Positions 23,692-37,405 of a stretch of 64,000 nucleotides of DNA are shown in pieces. The notes beneath the pieces are model-generated. The model had not been told where the DNA came from. It ran no database searches and worked only from the letters and a program-made list of their open reading frames with translations. This DNA is from Octopus vulgaris (lineage: Eukaryota). A program made the translations under genes and the position numbers. Location: the NCBI GenBank assembly GCA_951406725.2, contig OX597829.1, forward strand, positions 51,832,001 through 51,896,000, read 5' to 3'. The first letter of the stretch is position 1. Every line of letters starts with the position of its first letter.

Positions 23692-24405
23692 TTAATGACC
23701 AATTAATTCTGTATTCAGTTTACTTCTTTCATATTTGTGTTTGTAAATTACATTAATCACCCAAACTTTATTCAGCAACTTCCAGACATTTTTTGTGGTT
23801 TGTTGCCAATTAGAAATTTCATATTCATGTTCGCTTTGTGAACTTGTAATGTATTATTCATGGTATTTTGTGATTAGATATAACTCATGTTCCTACCTGT
23901 TGTTTAATGAGTATTATAATTTTGATGACTTGTTTTATTGTAGTAATTCCCAACCTTTTCGCCACCAAGAACCCCCTTTTATTCAAATGAATTTTCCCAG
24001 GAACCTCAGGCTTTTGAAATCTCTCTCTCTCTCCCACCTCAATAAACTGATTTTATTAACATACAACAAACTTGTTTTCCTAGTTTCATCACTCAGTTGA
24101 AAGATATATGTCACTGAATAATAATAGTTATTATTATTTGTAGTTAAGATCCAAGTGTGGTTAAGAAATTTCCTTCATAACCGCATGATTTCAGGTTCAG
24201 TTCCACTGTGTGGCACTCTGGGCAAGTATTTTTATTACAGGCCTTGGCCAACCAAAGCTTTGTGGGTGGATTTAGTAGACAGCAACTGAAAAAAGCCCAT
24301 CACACGCACACATCATCATCATCATCATCATCAACATCAATTAACGTCAGCCTTCCATGCTGGCATTGGTGGGATGGTTTCACAGGAGCCAGCCAGGCAG
24401 AAACC

Positions 24406-24637
24406 TATTTCTTTATTACCCACAAGGGGCTAAACATAGAGAGGACAAACAAGGACAGACATAGGTATTAAGTCGATTATATCGACCCCAGTGCGTAACT
24501 GGTACTTAATTTATCGATCTCGAAAGGATGAAAGGCAAAGTCGACCTCGGCGGAATTTGAACTCACAACGTAACAACAGACAAAATACCGCTAAGCATTT
24601 CGCCCGGCGTGCTAACGTTTCTGCCAGCTCGCCGCCT
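24406..24637 (-). mobile_element. SINE family B nested in a family C repeat
   Basis: Matches the other family B copies; the two flanks join into a family C sequence. Confidence 0.88.
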
Positions 24638-24753
24638 TCTGCAACTGTTTTGGAAGGATTTTTACAGCTGAATGCAGCTTCCTAACACCAGCCACTCAGC
24701 AGAGTGGACTTACTGCTTTTTATGTAGCACAAGCACAATTGATGTAATACACA

Positions 24754-24789
<36 letters not shown>

Positions 24790-25103
24790 TATACACATAC
24801 ACATGCACACACCTATTTCTGTGTATATGATTTACATATTTACGTATGTGTGTGTGAGTGTTTATATGTTTGCGTCTCCTTGTCTTGACGTCATGTGGTA
24901 GTTGTAGATGATTATCATCCATTTCCAGTGTTCTGCCAAAACATTTCTGGCCATGGGGAATGAAAACAAATTAAGGGTTGATGACAGGAAGAGGCATCCA
25001 GCCTTAAAAAATCTACCTCAATAACCTCTGTCTGACCCAAGCAAGAAAGTGGACATAAAAATTGATGATGAAGGTTGTGGCTGCAGTGGGACAACAACAG
25101 CAA

Positions 25104-25282
25104 GTGGAGGCGCTATGGCCCAGTGGTTATGGCAGTGCACTCGCAGTCGTAAGAATGTGGTTTCGATTCCCAGACCGGGCATTGTGAGTGTTTATTGAAC
25201 AAAAACACCTAAGCCCCACAAAGCTCTGGCAGTGGGTGAACCCCGCTGTACTCTTTCACCACAACTTTCTCTCACTCTTTCT
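25104..25282 (+). mobile_element. SINE family D, 5' part
   Basis: GTGGAGGCGCTATGGCCCAGTGG...GTTTCGATTCCCAGACCGGG; homologous to 22591-22878. Confidence 0.8.
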
Positions 25283-26064
25283 TCCTACTTCTGCCACAAA
25301 GCAGAGGAACCATGGTGTAACCCACTATGGTGTGGTAAACTTTCAGACTCTAGTCTAGATTGCGAATCCTCTGTACCGCAGGATGGTTCAGCTTTCCACC
25401 CGTTAAAAGCCACCGTTTACCGAATGAGGATAACAACGTAGCTTTCGTGCCAGTGCAAGCGCCAGTCTATCGCGTGTGGTGGGTGGATCTTCAAGTTTCA
25501 AGTTGCCACACGCATTCTTAGCAGCTTAGAGAAGGCTCGAATTAGAGATTATTCTTTGTGGCTAATGGCATGAGTCCTGATTAGAAGAAGAAGAAGAAGA
25601 AGAAAACAACAGCGATGATTGTAGTGGTGGTGCTGCTGATTATGATAATAATGATGATTATGATGATGAAGATGATAATTACGATGATGATGAGTATTTA
25701 TACATTTTCCATTATACAATCTTCACGCTCCCATCCTTATTGTATTAACTTCCTGGACCTCAGGTTTTGAATTACTGTTCTGTTCCACTTTATAAACCAG
25801 AATGCATTTACTTTCTATAGTGTACTGTATATGTGGTTTCTTTGTTTCAATTGCTTTTTTTGTATTATCTTGCATTTATTTTGTTGATTTATATTGATTA
25901 ATTCTCTATTGTTATATAACTTGATCTTCTAAATTTTTGCAACTGTTTATTATGAACTGGTGCTTGTTTTATCCTATCAATTTCATTGTTATTGTTATTT
26001 TTGATTAAGCAGACCATGACCAAGCAATTTTTATTTCGTGTTTTTATTTTTGTACACACTTTAA

Positions 26065-26283
26065 CCCTTTAGTATTTAAACCGGCCATATTCGGCCAAAA
26101 TAGCTAATCTGTTTTATGTTCAAACTGACCAGATCCAGGCTCTCACACCTACCCTACAATGTTATTCTACATTAAGTAATTACACCATCAATATCTTGAA
26201 GATATGAGATAATGCATGACTAATTCAAATCAATGGGAATCAATAGGCATTATGTTTGATAGAATAATCTGAACACTAAAGGG
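26065..26283. mobile_element. piggyBac-like MITE
   Basis: TTAA|CCCTTTAGT ... ACTAAAGGG|TTAA. A diverged relative lies at ~29855-30075. Confidence 0.85.
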
Positions 26284-26544
26284 TTAAAGGTGTGGTTTAG
26301 AAGCTCACTTTGCAATCATATAGTTTTGGGTTCAATCTCACTGTAAGGCACTTTGGGCGAATGTCTTCCTCTAAAACCTGATTGACCAATGCCTTATCAG
26401 TGAATTTGGTAGATGGAAATTGTGGAAACCCATAATGTGTAAGTATACATACATACATACTCACACACATACATACATACTCACACACATACATACATAC
26501 TCACACACACACACACACACACATATGTACATAATACCAAAATT

Positions 26545-28061
26545 TCACAGTTTCATTGCGGATGACTTGAAACTTTATGCAAATTATATGCATGAGATGA
26601 AAAAGAGCCTTGACCTAGTTACAACATTCTCAATTTTGGTCAGGATAAATGTTATTATATGGTTGTGAGAAAGAAGAAAACTATAAACCAGACTAGTAAC
26701 ATCTCCATCAATGATTTTACTGTTCCCCTTTATCTGATGGAGAATGTTACAGGTATCTAGGTGTGGATAAAAACATATCTTACAATGACACCTGTAACAG
26801 AACACATGTCACCAAAGAATATTACAGCCAAATAAAGAAAATTTGGACCTCAGAACTCTCTGCATTCAATAAAACAGTGGCCCACAATGTGTTTGCAGTG
26901 CCAGTACTCATACCGATATTTGGGCTGCTTTACTGGACGCTTGATGAGATCCAAGCCATTGATGTGAAAAATACTAACAAGAACACATAATTTCCACATA
27001 AACAGTGATATAGACTGCCCCTACCTAAAACGAAAACAAAGTGGCAGAGGCTTAACATTGATCCAAAATGCCTTTTGAATGTCGCACCATATCCCTTCGG
27101 CAACATCTTTTAACCACCAAGTGTCAAAGTTTATACCTTGATCTAGTTTGCATACACGAGGCTGATAACATCATAAGAATTGGAAAGCAGCTTCTTGAGC
27201 AACACTCTTTGTCTGATAACCTAGAATACATGTCCAAAGAAGTCACATGACTCTACCTCAACATAACATCAGATGAAAGGATGAGCCTGTATGAGCAGAA
27301 GACTATGCACGAATATGTTAGTAGAAAGCTCTGTGATGATAGTAACATCGATCATCAAAGCAGTTCATTGTGGATGAATGGCTAGATTACTACCTGCAGG
27401 AACAGGAAATATCAACGAAATACATGGATTTCATTATAGAATGTCCTAGCTACAGCATCATGTCTCAGACAACTGCTTATGATGCAGGAAAATCAGTAAA
27501 ATGTGGCAACTGATGCAGACTTTGTGGAGTTATCACTGAAGATATCACCTGAAGATATCACCTGCATCATAAGCAGTTGTCTGAGACATGATGCTGTAGC
27601 TAGGACATTCTATAATGAAATCCATCTGAAGGATAACCCTGAGGTCAAAGAAATAAGAACCCACTGTAAGGTAAAAGACATAGCCACTCATAATAAAAAG
27701 GAGTACTGGTGGAATGTCCCAGTGAAAACCTTAATAAAATGTAAGCCCAACAGACCTGATATAATGATTTGGGATAGAGAAGAGAAACTGTGCACAGTTG
27801 TGGAAATTAGCTGCCCAGAGGATGTTAACATAAAGCTGAAGATCAGTGAAAAAGAGAACACCTATGCTGAACTATTGAGAAATCTGCAGTTATTCTATCA
27901 GGATTATAAGTTCAGGTTTATACATGTAATTATTGGGGCCCTGGGATATGTAACACATTGCCTAAATACCAGAAAGGAGAAAGCTAATTTGAAGACTACA
28001 GATCCAATCCATCACTGGAATTGTAAAAATCAGTAAAACTTTCCAGAAGTTTATCATTTAA
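26545..28061 (+). mobile_element. 5'-truncated, degenerate R4/Dong-clade LINE
   Basis: FIADDLKLY (RT), YRYLG, RHDAV and NRPDIMIWD...VEISCP (restriction-like endonuclease); disrupted frames. Confidence 0.85.
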
Positions 28062-28084
28062 ATATATATATTTAAATATATAAA

Positions 28085-28316
28085 AGGCGGTGAGCTGGCA
28101 GAAACGTTAGCACGCCAGGCGAAATGCTTAGCGGTATTTCGTCTGCCGCTACGTTCTGAGTTCAAATTCTGCCGAGGTCGACTTTGCCTTTCATCCTTTC
28201 AGGGTCGATAAATTAAGTACCAGTTACGTACTGGGGTCGATATAATCGACTTAATCCCTTTGTCTGTCCTTGTTTGTCCCCTCTATGTTTAGCCCCTTGT
28301 GGGTAGTAAAGAAATA
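28085..28316 (+). mobile_element. SINE family B, full length
   Basis: GGCGGTGAGCTGGCAGAAACG...GAGTTCAAATTC...GTAAAGAAATA. Confidence 0.9.
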
Positions 28317-28397
28317 TATATATATGAGTATGTCCAGATATGCAAGTATATGCATGAGAATACATACATAAAGCAAAACATACAAATCAGCACAAAT

Positions 28398-28432
28398 ACA
28401 TACATACACACACACATACATACATACATACA

Positions 28433-28464
<32 letters not shown>

Positions 28465-28518
28465 CATACATATACATACATACATACATACATACATACA
28501 TACATACATACACATACA

Positions 28519-28550
<32 letters not shown>

Positions 28551-28704
28551 CATACATACATACATACATACATGCATACATACATACATACATACATACA
28601 TACATACATACATACATACATACATACATACATACATACATACATACATACATACATACATACATACATACATACATACATACATACATACATACATACA
28701 TACA

Positions 28705-28736
<32 letters not shown>

Positions 28737-28768
28737 CATACATATACATACATACATACATACATACA

Positions 28769-28800
<32 letters not shown>

Positions 28801-28815
28801 CATACATACATACAA
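28398..28815. repeat. (CATA)n microsatellite
   Basis: Direct reading. Confidence 0.97.
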
Positions 28816-29091
28816 ACAAAAATGTTGAAATTTCAATGATGGAGCCTTGGACCTAGGTTAGAAACTGGTTCTTTCTCTATTGGCAAGAAATCTTGAAATA
28901 AAACTGAACAATCACATACATGCATACACAAGACATAAAGCATACATACATACACAAATACAAACATGCATACATGCATGCATACATACATACTTATAAA
29001 CATACATACATACATATGTACTTGTGTATGTACATACATGCATACATAAACAAATACATGTCTGTGATTGTGTTTGTTTTCTCACAAATAT

Positions 29092-29494
29092 AGGCACAGG
29101 AGTGGCTGTGTGGTAAGTAGCTTGTTTACCAACCACATGGTTCTGGGTTCAGTCCCACTGCGTGGCACCTTGGGCAAGTGTCTTCTACTATAGCCTCGGG
29201 CCGACCAAAGCCTTGTGAGTGGATTTGGTTGACAGAAACTGAAAGAAACCCGTCGTATATATGTATATATATGCGTGTGTGTGTTTGTGTCTTTGTTTGT
29301 CCCCCTAGCATTGCTTGACAACCAATGCTGGTGTGTTTATGTCCCCATTACTTAGCAGTTCGGCAAAAGAGTCCGATAGAGTAAGTACTGGGCTTACAAA
29401 AGAATAAGTCCCGGGGTCGAGTTGCTCGATTAAAGGCGGTGCTCCAGCATGGCCGCAGTCAAATGACTGAAACAAGTAAAAGAGTAAAAGAGTA
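29092..29494 (+). mobile_element. SINE family A, full length
   Basis: Head with GGTTCAGTCCC B-box-like motif, CACCTTGGGCAAGT CORE-like motif, internal (TA/TG)n, and tail ending (GTAAAAGA)n. Confidence 0.9.
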
Positions 29495-30284
29495 ATGGCT
29501 TTACGACTAGTGTTAGTTTATGTTTCCATATTTTAGTGTTTCAGCAAAGAGACCGATTGACAAACTACCAGGTTTAAAAATTAGTACTGGGATCAATTCG
29601 TTTGATTAACCCTTCAAGGCAGGGCTCCAGCATGACCGCACTTCAATGACTGAAACAAGTAAATGGTAGAAGCTATCTAGAACTAGACTGTCCATTACTC
29701 CATACCTTTCAACCTTGTAATATGTATTAACCCTTAACAATATTACAACTATGTACCACGAGGGAAGCTCCAAAATCTATTACAAGTAGTGTTATAAAGC
29801 CAGAATAATTCCTGTCTTTTAGTTCAATGTCATTACACAATGAAAAGTGCTTTAAGCCTCTTTGCATTTGACTGGCCATATCTGGTCCAAATTGTCTATC
29901 TGTTCTATGTTCAGGCCTACTAGGTCTGGCCTCTCAACACCTCTTCGATGACATTGTAACATTAAACAATCACATCATTAAAATCTCAAAGCTATGAGAT
30001 AATGCATGATTAATTCAAAGCATTGTGAATAAATAAACATTACATTTGACAGAATAATATGAATACTGAAGAGTTAAATGCATGCTGTTGTAGTGCTCAT
30101 TAATCTCCAAGTCAGCTATGATTAAACACACTTGCAATCAAAGTTGTTCCATCCTTGCCCATCCAATCTTTTTTTCATATTTTGGTCTACTTATTACAGT
30201 TTTCCTTTCCCATGATGGAATAGTGCAATTTGAGGGAGTTTGGTTGTTATATCTATGAATTTAAGTGACTACAATTTCATGTGA

Positions 30285-30580
30285 AAAAACATTCAAGCAA
30301 GGTCATTACCAGTGCCGCTGGACTGGCTCCTGTGCAGGTGGCACGTAAAAAACACCATTTGAGCATGGCTGTTGCCAGTTCTGCCTGACTGGCCCTCGTG
30401 CCAGTGGCACATAAAAGCACCCACTTCACTCTTGGAGTGGTTGGTGTTAGAAAGGGCATCCAGCTGTAGAAACTCTGCCAGATCAGATTGGAGCCTGGTG
30501 CAGCCGTCTGGTTCACCAGACCTCAGTCAAATCGTCCAACACATGCTAGCATGGAAAGCGGATGTTAAACGATGATGATG
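30285..30580 (+). mobile_element. Repeat family C (SINE-like, GGTTGGyrTTAGrAAGGGCATCCAGCTGTA core, (GAT)n tail)
   Basis: Homologous copies at ~22960 (-), 37050 (+), 41700 (+) and 44420 (-). Confidence 0.75.
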
Positions 30581-30799
30581 AACATAACCTGAATCTTCTT
30601 GAGACAAGCATGGCTGTGTAGAAAAAAGTTTGTTTCCCAGCCCATTGGTTCAGTTCCACTGCATGACATCTTGTACAAGTGTCTTCTATTATAGTCTTGG
30701 GCTGAACAAATCCTTGTGAGTGGATTTGGTAGACAGAAACTGACAGAATCCTATCATGTGTGTGTGGGGGGTGGTGGGGGGTGCATGTGTTTGGGGGAG

Positions 30800-31190
30800 G
30801 GGGCTAGTTGATTAGATCGACCCCAGTATGCAACTGATACTTAATTTATCGGGCCCCGAAAGGATGAAAGGCAAAGTCGACCTCAGTGGAATTTGAACTC
30901 AGAATGTAAAGACAGATGAAATACTGCTAAACATTTCACCTGGCGTGCTAATGTTTCTTATTTCTTTATTGCCCACAAGGGGCTAAACATAGAGGGGACA
31001 AACAAGGACAGACATAGGGATTAAGTTGATTACATCGACCCCAGTGCATAACAGGTACTTAATTTATCGACCCTGAAAGGATGAAAGGCAAAGTCGACCT
31101 TGGCAGAATTTGAACTCAGAACGTAAAGACAGATGAAATACTGCTAAGCATTTCACCTAGCGTGCTAATGTTTCTGCCAGCTCACCACCT
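30800..31190 (-). mobile_element. Two tandem SINE family B copies
   Basis: The CGACCCCAGT...GAAAGGATGAAAGGCAAAGTCGACC block occurs twice. Confidence 0.85.
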
Positions 31191-32266
31191 TGGTAAAGGT
31201 ATTTATTACTGTAGTTTTTTGTACTAAATGGACAATAATATTAGGAATTTTATTATTTTTTTTACTGTACAGTCAAATAATTACAAGTTTTTACAAGTGT
31301 ATTTTTCTCTCTATAGACAGGCATTTATATATTTATTAATGTTCTTTTCTGTGGATAAACATTTGTTGATATTTAGAAAGTGAAGTGTTTCTGTATGAAC
31401 AAACAACTCCTTACCTACACAAGTGTTCCTCCCCACCCAACTTTGTTTCCTCTTAACTTTTAGTAAATTAATATCTTTTTAATGAAATTTTCTACAAGTG
31501 TCCTTCAGATGTTGTAGATTCCAATTATATTGGAATTTGTTGGGAAAATATTTTTCAGATAGAGGAGAAGTTTTGGATAATTTACACACCTTGTCTTTAT
31601 TTTCTCATAATTTTCTGAAAAATACATATTTTTAATGAAATTTTCTACAAATACCTTTCAAATGGTATAGATTCCAATTATATCAGAATTTAATGGGAAA
31701 AGAAAAACTGATAGGTGCTCACACAGATACTGACACACACCACAATTTTTTTTAAATCTGAAGATTCATTATGTAGGTATTATAACTGATGTGCAGCATG
31801 TATATATTTGCACCTGTAACAGGTGTATGTTCATAAATCGTCAGTCTAGGGTTAAATAGTCAGAAAGAGGTCCATATGCAGGTTTTCTATGATTGGTCAT
31901 GTGATGGTGTAACACATTGGTCAAGTTCATTGTTGAGACTGGATATGTTAGTTGTCCAATCGAATCATGTGATAGACCAACCAAGCATGGCAAAATTTTG
32001 TTTGCACTCTGGAACCTTACAGCATCAATAAATGAAGGAATTTCTTCCAGTTTAGTTCAGAGGGGAGAGTTGTTTTTCAGGTAGCTTTTACACACTATGT
32101 GTGTTCCTGTTTGCTATGCACCTATAAGCAGAGAGAATGAGAGACTGGAAGAAGTAACATCACATATTTCTATTCCTGTCTTCCAAGCACACATCACCAA
32201 ATTTTGACTGATTAGAGAAGCTAATATGTATATTTTCTCTCTGACAGTTATCTTCACAATGTAACC

Positions 32267-32496
32267 TATTTCTTTATTACCCACAAGGGGCTAAACACAG
32301 AGGGGACAAACAAGGACAGACATAGGTATTAAGTCGATTACATCGACCCCAGTGCGTAACTGGTACTTAATTTATCGTCCCCGAAAGGATGAAAGGCAAA
32401 GTCGACCTCGGCGGAATTTGAACTCACAACGTAACGCAGACGAAATACCGCTAAGCATTTCGCCCGACGTGCTAACATTTCTGCCAGCTCGTTGCC
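32267..32496 (-). mobile_element. SINE family B with TSD
   Basis: 14-bp TSD TTCACAATGTAACC. Confidence 0.92.
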
Positions 32497-33629
32497 TTCA
32501 CAATGTAACCGACAGTTGCTGTAAAAATTCATTTAGTGGTTGAATAAAGTGTCACAGTTAATTTCAACTTGTTTTCTGGTATTTCTTCCCACTGTTTTAT
32601 ATACGACTCACTGGAACAAGAGCTTGTAATTATACATGGGTCAGAGACATTAAACACCCATTAAACACCCTAGAATTATTTTTCATATTAAATTCTAATA
32701 TAATCATAATCTACACCATCTGAAAGATATTTGTAGAAATTTATATTTAAAAATATGAATTTTTCTTAACGCTGTGAGGAAACAAAGTCAGTGGAGGGGT
32801 ACACTTCTCTTGATATGCTACAAACAGTAATAACAGCCTTGTGCTATCAAAATATATTTAGAAAATAAAACTGATATTTTCAAGTCTATATCGAAAAGGT
32901 TTATAGATTAAATTACTGGGGTGTCAAGTATTTTGTTTCATTGCTATTATGTACAACAAAATATATTTATTTATAGATTTGTGTTCAGTCAACACTGTAT
33001 TATATTAAAACAATTGTAAACAATGTAATCATCAACATAATTTTTGTGAGCAGGAAAAAGAGGGAAACAAGGGTAGAAGGTTTTGTATTTACATTTGAAA
33101 AATAAATTAATTTTGAAGTAAATTTTCAAGTAAAAACTGATAATTAAGAAATAGATTCAAACGTTATAGATTTCTTTTTTGTCGTTGTAACTGAAAAGCA
33201 AAAAATAATTCAAATTCTTTTATTGTTATTAGATAGGCAAAGAATGCCTACCAAATAGTAATTGTACCACAAACAGGGCGGATCCAGGCAAAACTTCAAA
33301 TATTCCAATTCTAACACTATTTCAACATGTTCTCTTTATTTGTCTTTCTGTTTTTTTAACAAAATTTCTAGTATTTTTTTGGCTGAAGGACAATTGGTCA
33401 TTGCTTGAGAACGTTAAATTAAGAGAAATAATTTGTTAATCTTTTTCAGTAATCACACTGGAAATCAGTGATATTAAAATATTAAAAATTCTGAAGAACA
33501 AGAAGAAACAAAAATGCTGACCAAAAATATAACCATCGTTTTCCCATCTTTTTAGCTAACCTCACAAAATTAAAAAATGATGTTTTGCAATTTATCAATC
33601 ATTTTTAAACTCCTACATGTTATCACTTT

Positions 33630-33892
33630 TTTTTTTCTTTCTCTCCCTCTCTCTTTCTTACTTTTCTCTCTCTCTCTCTCTCTTTTTCTTTCTTTCTTTC
33701 TCCCTTTTTTCTTTCTCTCTCTCTCTTTCCCCTCTCTCTTCGTTTCTTTCTCTCTTTCGTTCCTTCCTTCTTTCCTTCCTTTCTTTCCAGGTTGCTCTTT
33801 CTCACTCATCTAACCCTTTTATCTCGCAGGCTATCTATGTTATTATAAACTTCTGTTTCTTTTTTCTCTCTTTCTTTCTTCCATTCTCTCTG

Positions 33893-33987
<95 letters not shown>

Positions 33988-33990
33988 CAC
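33630..33990. repeat. (CT/CTTT)n tract followed by (CA)n
   Basis: Direct reading. Confidence 0.92.
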
Positions 33991-34152
33991 ACAGAAGCAC
34001 ATACTGAAATACACATTCCTGCACACACATTCATAAACTCACAAGGTCTTCCTCTTAATCAATCTCGGCATGTTTAACTTACTTCAGTAGTGAAATACAT
34101 ATTTTGTTTTGTTTTAGATTTCCAAGTAAAGGCCTTTTCTTCTTCTTCTTAC

Positions 34153-34187
<35 letters not shown>

Positions 34188-34329
34188 ATATATATATTTC
34201 TTTCCTCGAGTAGAGGGTGGTCTACTTGTAAACATATGCATACTTATGCATATTCCTTCAAATTCCTTCCATCATCCATTAATTTCAAAACATATTTCTC
34301 CAACATTTCAACACTTATTTTGACCCCAA

Positions 34330-34445
34330 CACCACCACCACCACCAATACCACCACCACCACCACCACCACCACCACCACCACCACCACCACCACCACCA
34401 CCACCACCACCACCACCACCACCACCATCACCACTACCACCACCA
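34330..34445. repeat. (CAC)n microsatellite
   Basis: Direct reading. Confidence 0.95.
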
Positions 34446-34971
34446 TTTTACAAGCATACTGGCACCCCGCCACGTACACAAACACGAAATGATTTAATGT
34501 TGGGCCTTCTGGCTCTACCACCCCCACAAAACAACCAATATGCTGTCAATGTAGTTTCCCCCCCACCACCACCAAACACACACACACACACACACACGCA
34601 CACTTCCTTTATTATTATTTTTTTTTTTCTTTCTCCGAAGCAGCAAGCACATTCTTCCTTTAAAACACTTTTTAAAATTCATCGTTACATCCTTTACAAA
34701 TTCCTATGAAGAACGTGAATCTAAAGAAAGAAAGAAACAAATTAATACATATAATTCTATGAATTGGAAGGATCGTTTAACGTTCCACACAAAATCCCTT
34801 GTGTATTTAATTTCATTCCTTTTCACATGCTGAGTTCAAATTCCTACAAAGTCAACGTTGTTTTCCATTCTTCCAGGGTCAATAAGGAAAAGTATGAGCA
34901 GTGTGTTGGAGTAGATATAATATTCTTATAAAGAATGGATAATTAAGTTATTTGACAATAAGAGCTATATA

Positions 34972-35403
34972 TACTCTTTTACTTGTTTCAGTCACTTGGC
35001 TGTGGCCATGCTGGAGCACCGCCTTTAGTCGAGCGAATTGACCCCAGGACTTATTCTTTGTAAGCCTAGTACTTATTCTAATGTCTCTTTTGCTGAACCG
35101 CAAATATACCAGCATCGGTTGTCAAGCAATGTTGGTGAGACAAACACAGATACACAAACATATACACACACATACATACATACATACATGCATACATACA
35201 TATATATAGATATATATATATAGATAGATAGATATACACATATATACATCGGGCTTCTTTCAGCTTCTGTCTACCAATTCCACTCACAAGGCTTTCGTCA
35301 GCCCGAGGCTATAGTAGAAGATATTTGCCCAAGGTGCCTTGCAGTGGGAATGAACCCGGCACCATGTGGTTGGTAAGCAAGTTACTTACCACACAGCCAG
35401 TCC
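34972..35403 (-). mobile_element. SINE family A, full length
   Basis: Reverse complement of 29092-29494. Confidence 0.88.
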
Positions 35404-35491
35404 TGCGCCAAGATGATTATTTTGTTTTTGTACATTCAAGATCTGCAACATATTTTTTAAAAATTATAAATGTAAATAATATAATATATAT

Positions 35492-35890
35492 AGGCATGGC
35501 TATGTGGTAAGAAGCTTGCTTCCCGACCACATGATTCTGGGTTCAGTCCCACTGCATGTTACCTTGGGCAAGTGTCTTCTACTATAGCCTCGGGATGACT
35601 AAAGTTTTGTAAGCGGGTTTGGTAGACGGAAACTGAAAGAAGCCCAGCATACACACACACACACATATGTTTATATCTATGTGTGTGTGTCTTCATGTCT
35701 GTGTTTGTCTCCCACCACCACTTGACAATCCCTGCTAGTGTGTTCAGGTTTCTGTAACTTAGCAGTTCAGAAAAATAGATTGATAGAATAAGTACTAAGC
35801 TTTGAAAAGAATAAGTCCTAGGGTTGATTTATTCAACTAAAAAACCCTTCAAGCTGATACCCCAGCATGGCCGCAATCAAATAGATAAGA
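35492..35890 (+). mobile_element. SINE family A, diverged subfamily
   Basis: Head, core and tail are collinear with family A. Confidence 0.85.
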
Positions 35891-35898
35891 TATATATA

Positions 35899-36303
35899 GG
35901 TGTAGGAGTGGCTGTGTGGTAAGTAGCTTGCTTACCAACCACATGGTTCCGGGTTCAGTCCCACTGCGTGGCTCTTTGGGCAAATGTCTTCTACTATAGT
36001 ATTGGACCGACTAAAGCCTTGTGATTGGATTTGGTAGACAGAAATTGAAAGAAGCCAATCGTGTATATGTACATATATATATATATACATGTTTGTGTGT
36101 CTGTGTTTGTCCCTCAACATTGCTTGACAACCGATGCTGGTGTGTTTACGTCCTCGTAACTTAGTGGTTTGGCAAAAAGAGTTCGATAGAATAAGTACTA
36201 GGCTTACAAAGCATAAGTCCTAGGGCCGATTTGCTCAACTAAAGGCGGTGCTCCAGCATGGCCACAGTCAAATGACTGAAACAGGTAAAAAAGAGTAAAA
36301 GAG
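35899..36303 (+). mobile_element. SINE family A, full length
   Basis: Collinear with 29092-29494. Confidence 0.88.
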
Positions 36304-36316
36304 TGTGTGTGTATAC

Positions 36317-36526
36317 ATGAGGTGGGGGTGCTGGAAAGTTCCTGGCTTTGGGTAAAAGGAAATAGAGGAGGATCAGTTAATTATGATTTTATTCAACATA
36401 TTCCTCTCTCAGATTCATACATTTATTGCAGTGGCCCATCAGTTTTTCTGAAATTGGAAGGCTGGGCCTACAACCAGGCCTTTCACAAAACCCTCAAAGC
36501 CAGGAACTTTTCAATATTCCCTTGTG
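36317..36526. mobile_element. Mariner-like MITE
   Basis: Inverted termini containing AAAGTTCCTGGCTTTG and CAAAGCCAGGAACTTT; TA flanks. Confidence 0.65.
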
Positions 36527-36536
36527 TATGAGTGTA

Positions 36537-36904
36537 ATAGCATTAGCACCAATCAGTGATTAGAAATAAATGAACTTTAGGTTAGTTAAAATGTTTGTGA
36601 TATATCTTAACTTCTGAAGGCAATTTCACTGCAAGTTACCATAGAGAAAAAAAAATTCTCTCTTATAGTAAATGGTGTAAAATCATCATATATGCCCAGT
36701 TCTTTCCCTTATCAGTTTCCCAGGCACATGTTTCTAGCTCTTTAGTCTTCCTCAGTGGCATATACCAAAGGGAGATAATCCTGGGCAGATTCAAAATCTA
36801 TAGCTTTAACTAAAAGACAATAAACATCAGTGAGTCGTGCTATGTCACATTTTAACTAACCAAAAGTTTGTTTATTCGTAATCACTGCTTGGTGCTGATG
36901 CTAT
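36537..36904. mobile_element. MITE with ~55-bp imperfect TIRs
   Basis: ATAGCATTAGCACCAATCAGTGATTA... pairs with ...TAATCACTGCTTGGTGCTGATGCTAT. Related fragments occur near 760 and 1080. Confidence 0.7.
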
Positions 36905-36945
36905 CATACTTATTCCATCCAGGAATGAATATAATAGCATGTGTA

Positions 36946-36980
<35 letters not shown>

Positions 36981-37049
36981 ATGTATGCTTTTAAGGATCA
37001 TTTCTTAAGTATGTGTCGCAACGGTATCTGATGATGATGATGATATCCT

Positions 37050-37405
37050 TGACTGGCTTCTGTGCCGGTGGCACGTGACCTGCTGTGCTTGAGGAGACCT
37101 ATTGAGTCAAGTACATCAACATCAAATGGAAATTGTAGTTGTGATACCTGTGCCGGTGGCAGGTAAAAAGCACCAACCGATCGTGGCCGATGCCAGCCTC
37201 CTCTGGCACCTGTGCCGGTGGCATGTAAAAAGCACTCACTACACTCATGGAGTGGTTGGCATTAGGAAGGGCATCCAGCTGTAAAAACACTGCCAGATCA
37301 GACTGGAGCCTGGTGCAGCCTCCTGGCTTCCCAGACCCCGGTCGAAATGTCCAACCCGTGATAGCACGGAAAACGGACGTTACACAATGATGATGATGAT
37401 GATGA
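37050..37405 (+). mobile_element. Repeat family C
   Basis: Core plus (GAT)n tail; contains three internal copies of CTGTGCCGGTGGCA. Confidence 0.75.

Noticed and set aside
34104-34709. Poly-proline 201-aa ORF resembling a formin or extensin
   Set aside because: Entirely explained by (CAC)n and (TA)n microsatellites; no domain or splice support.
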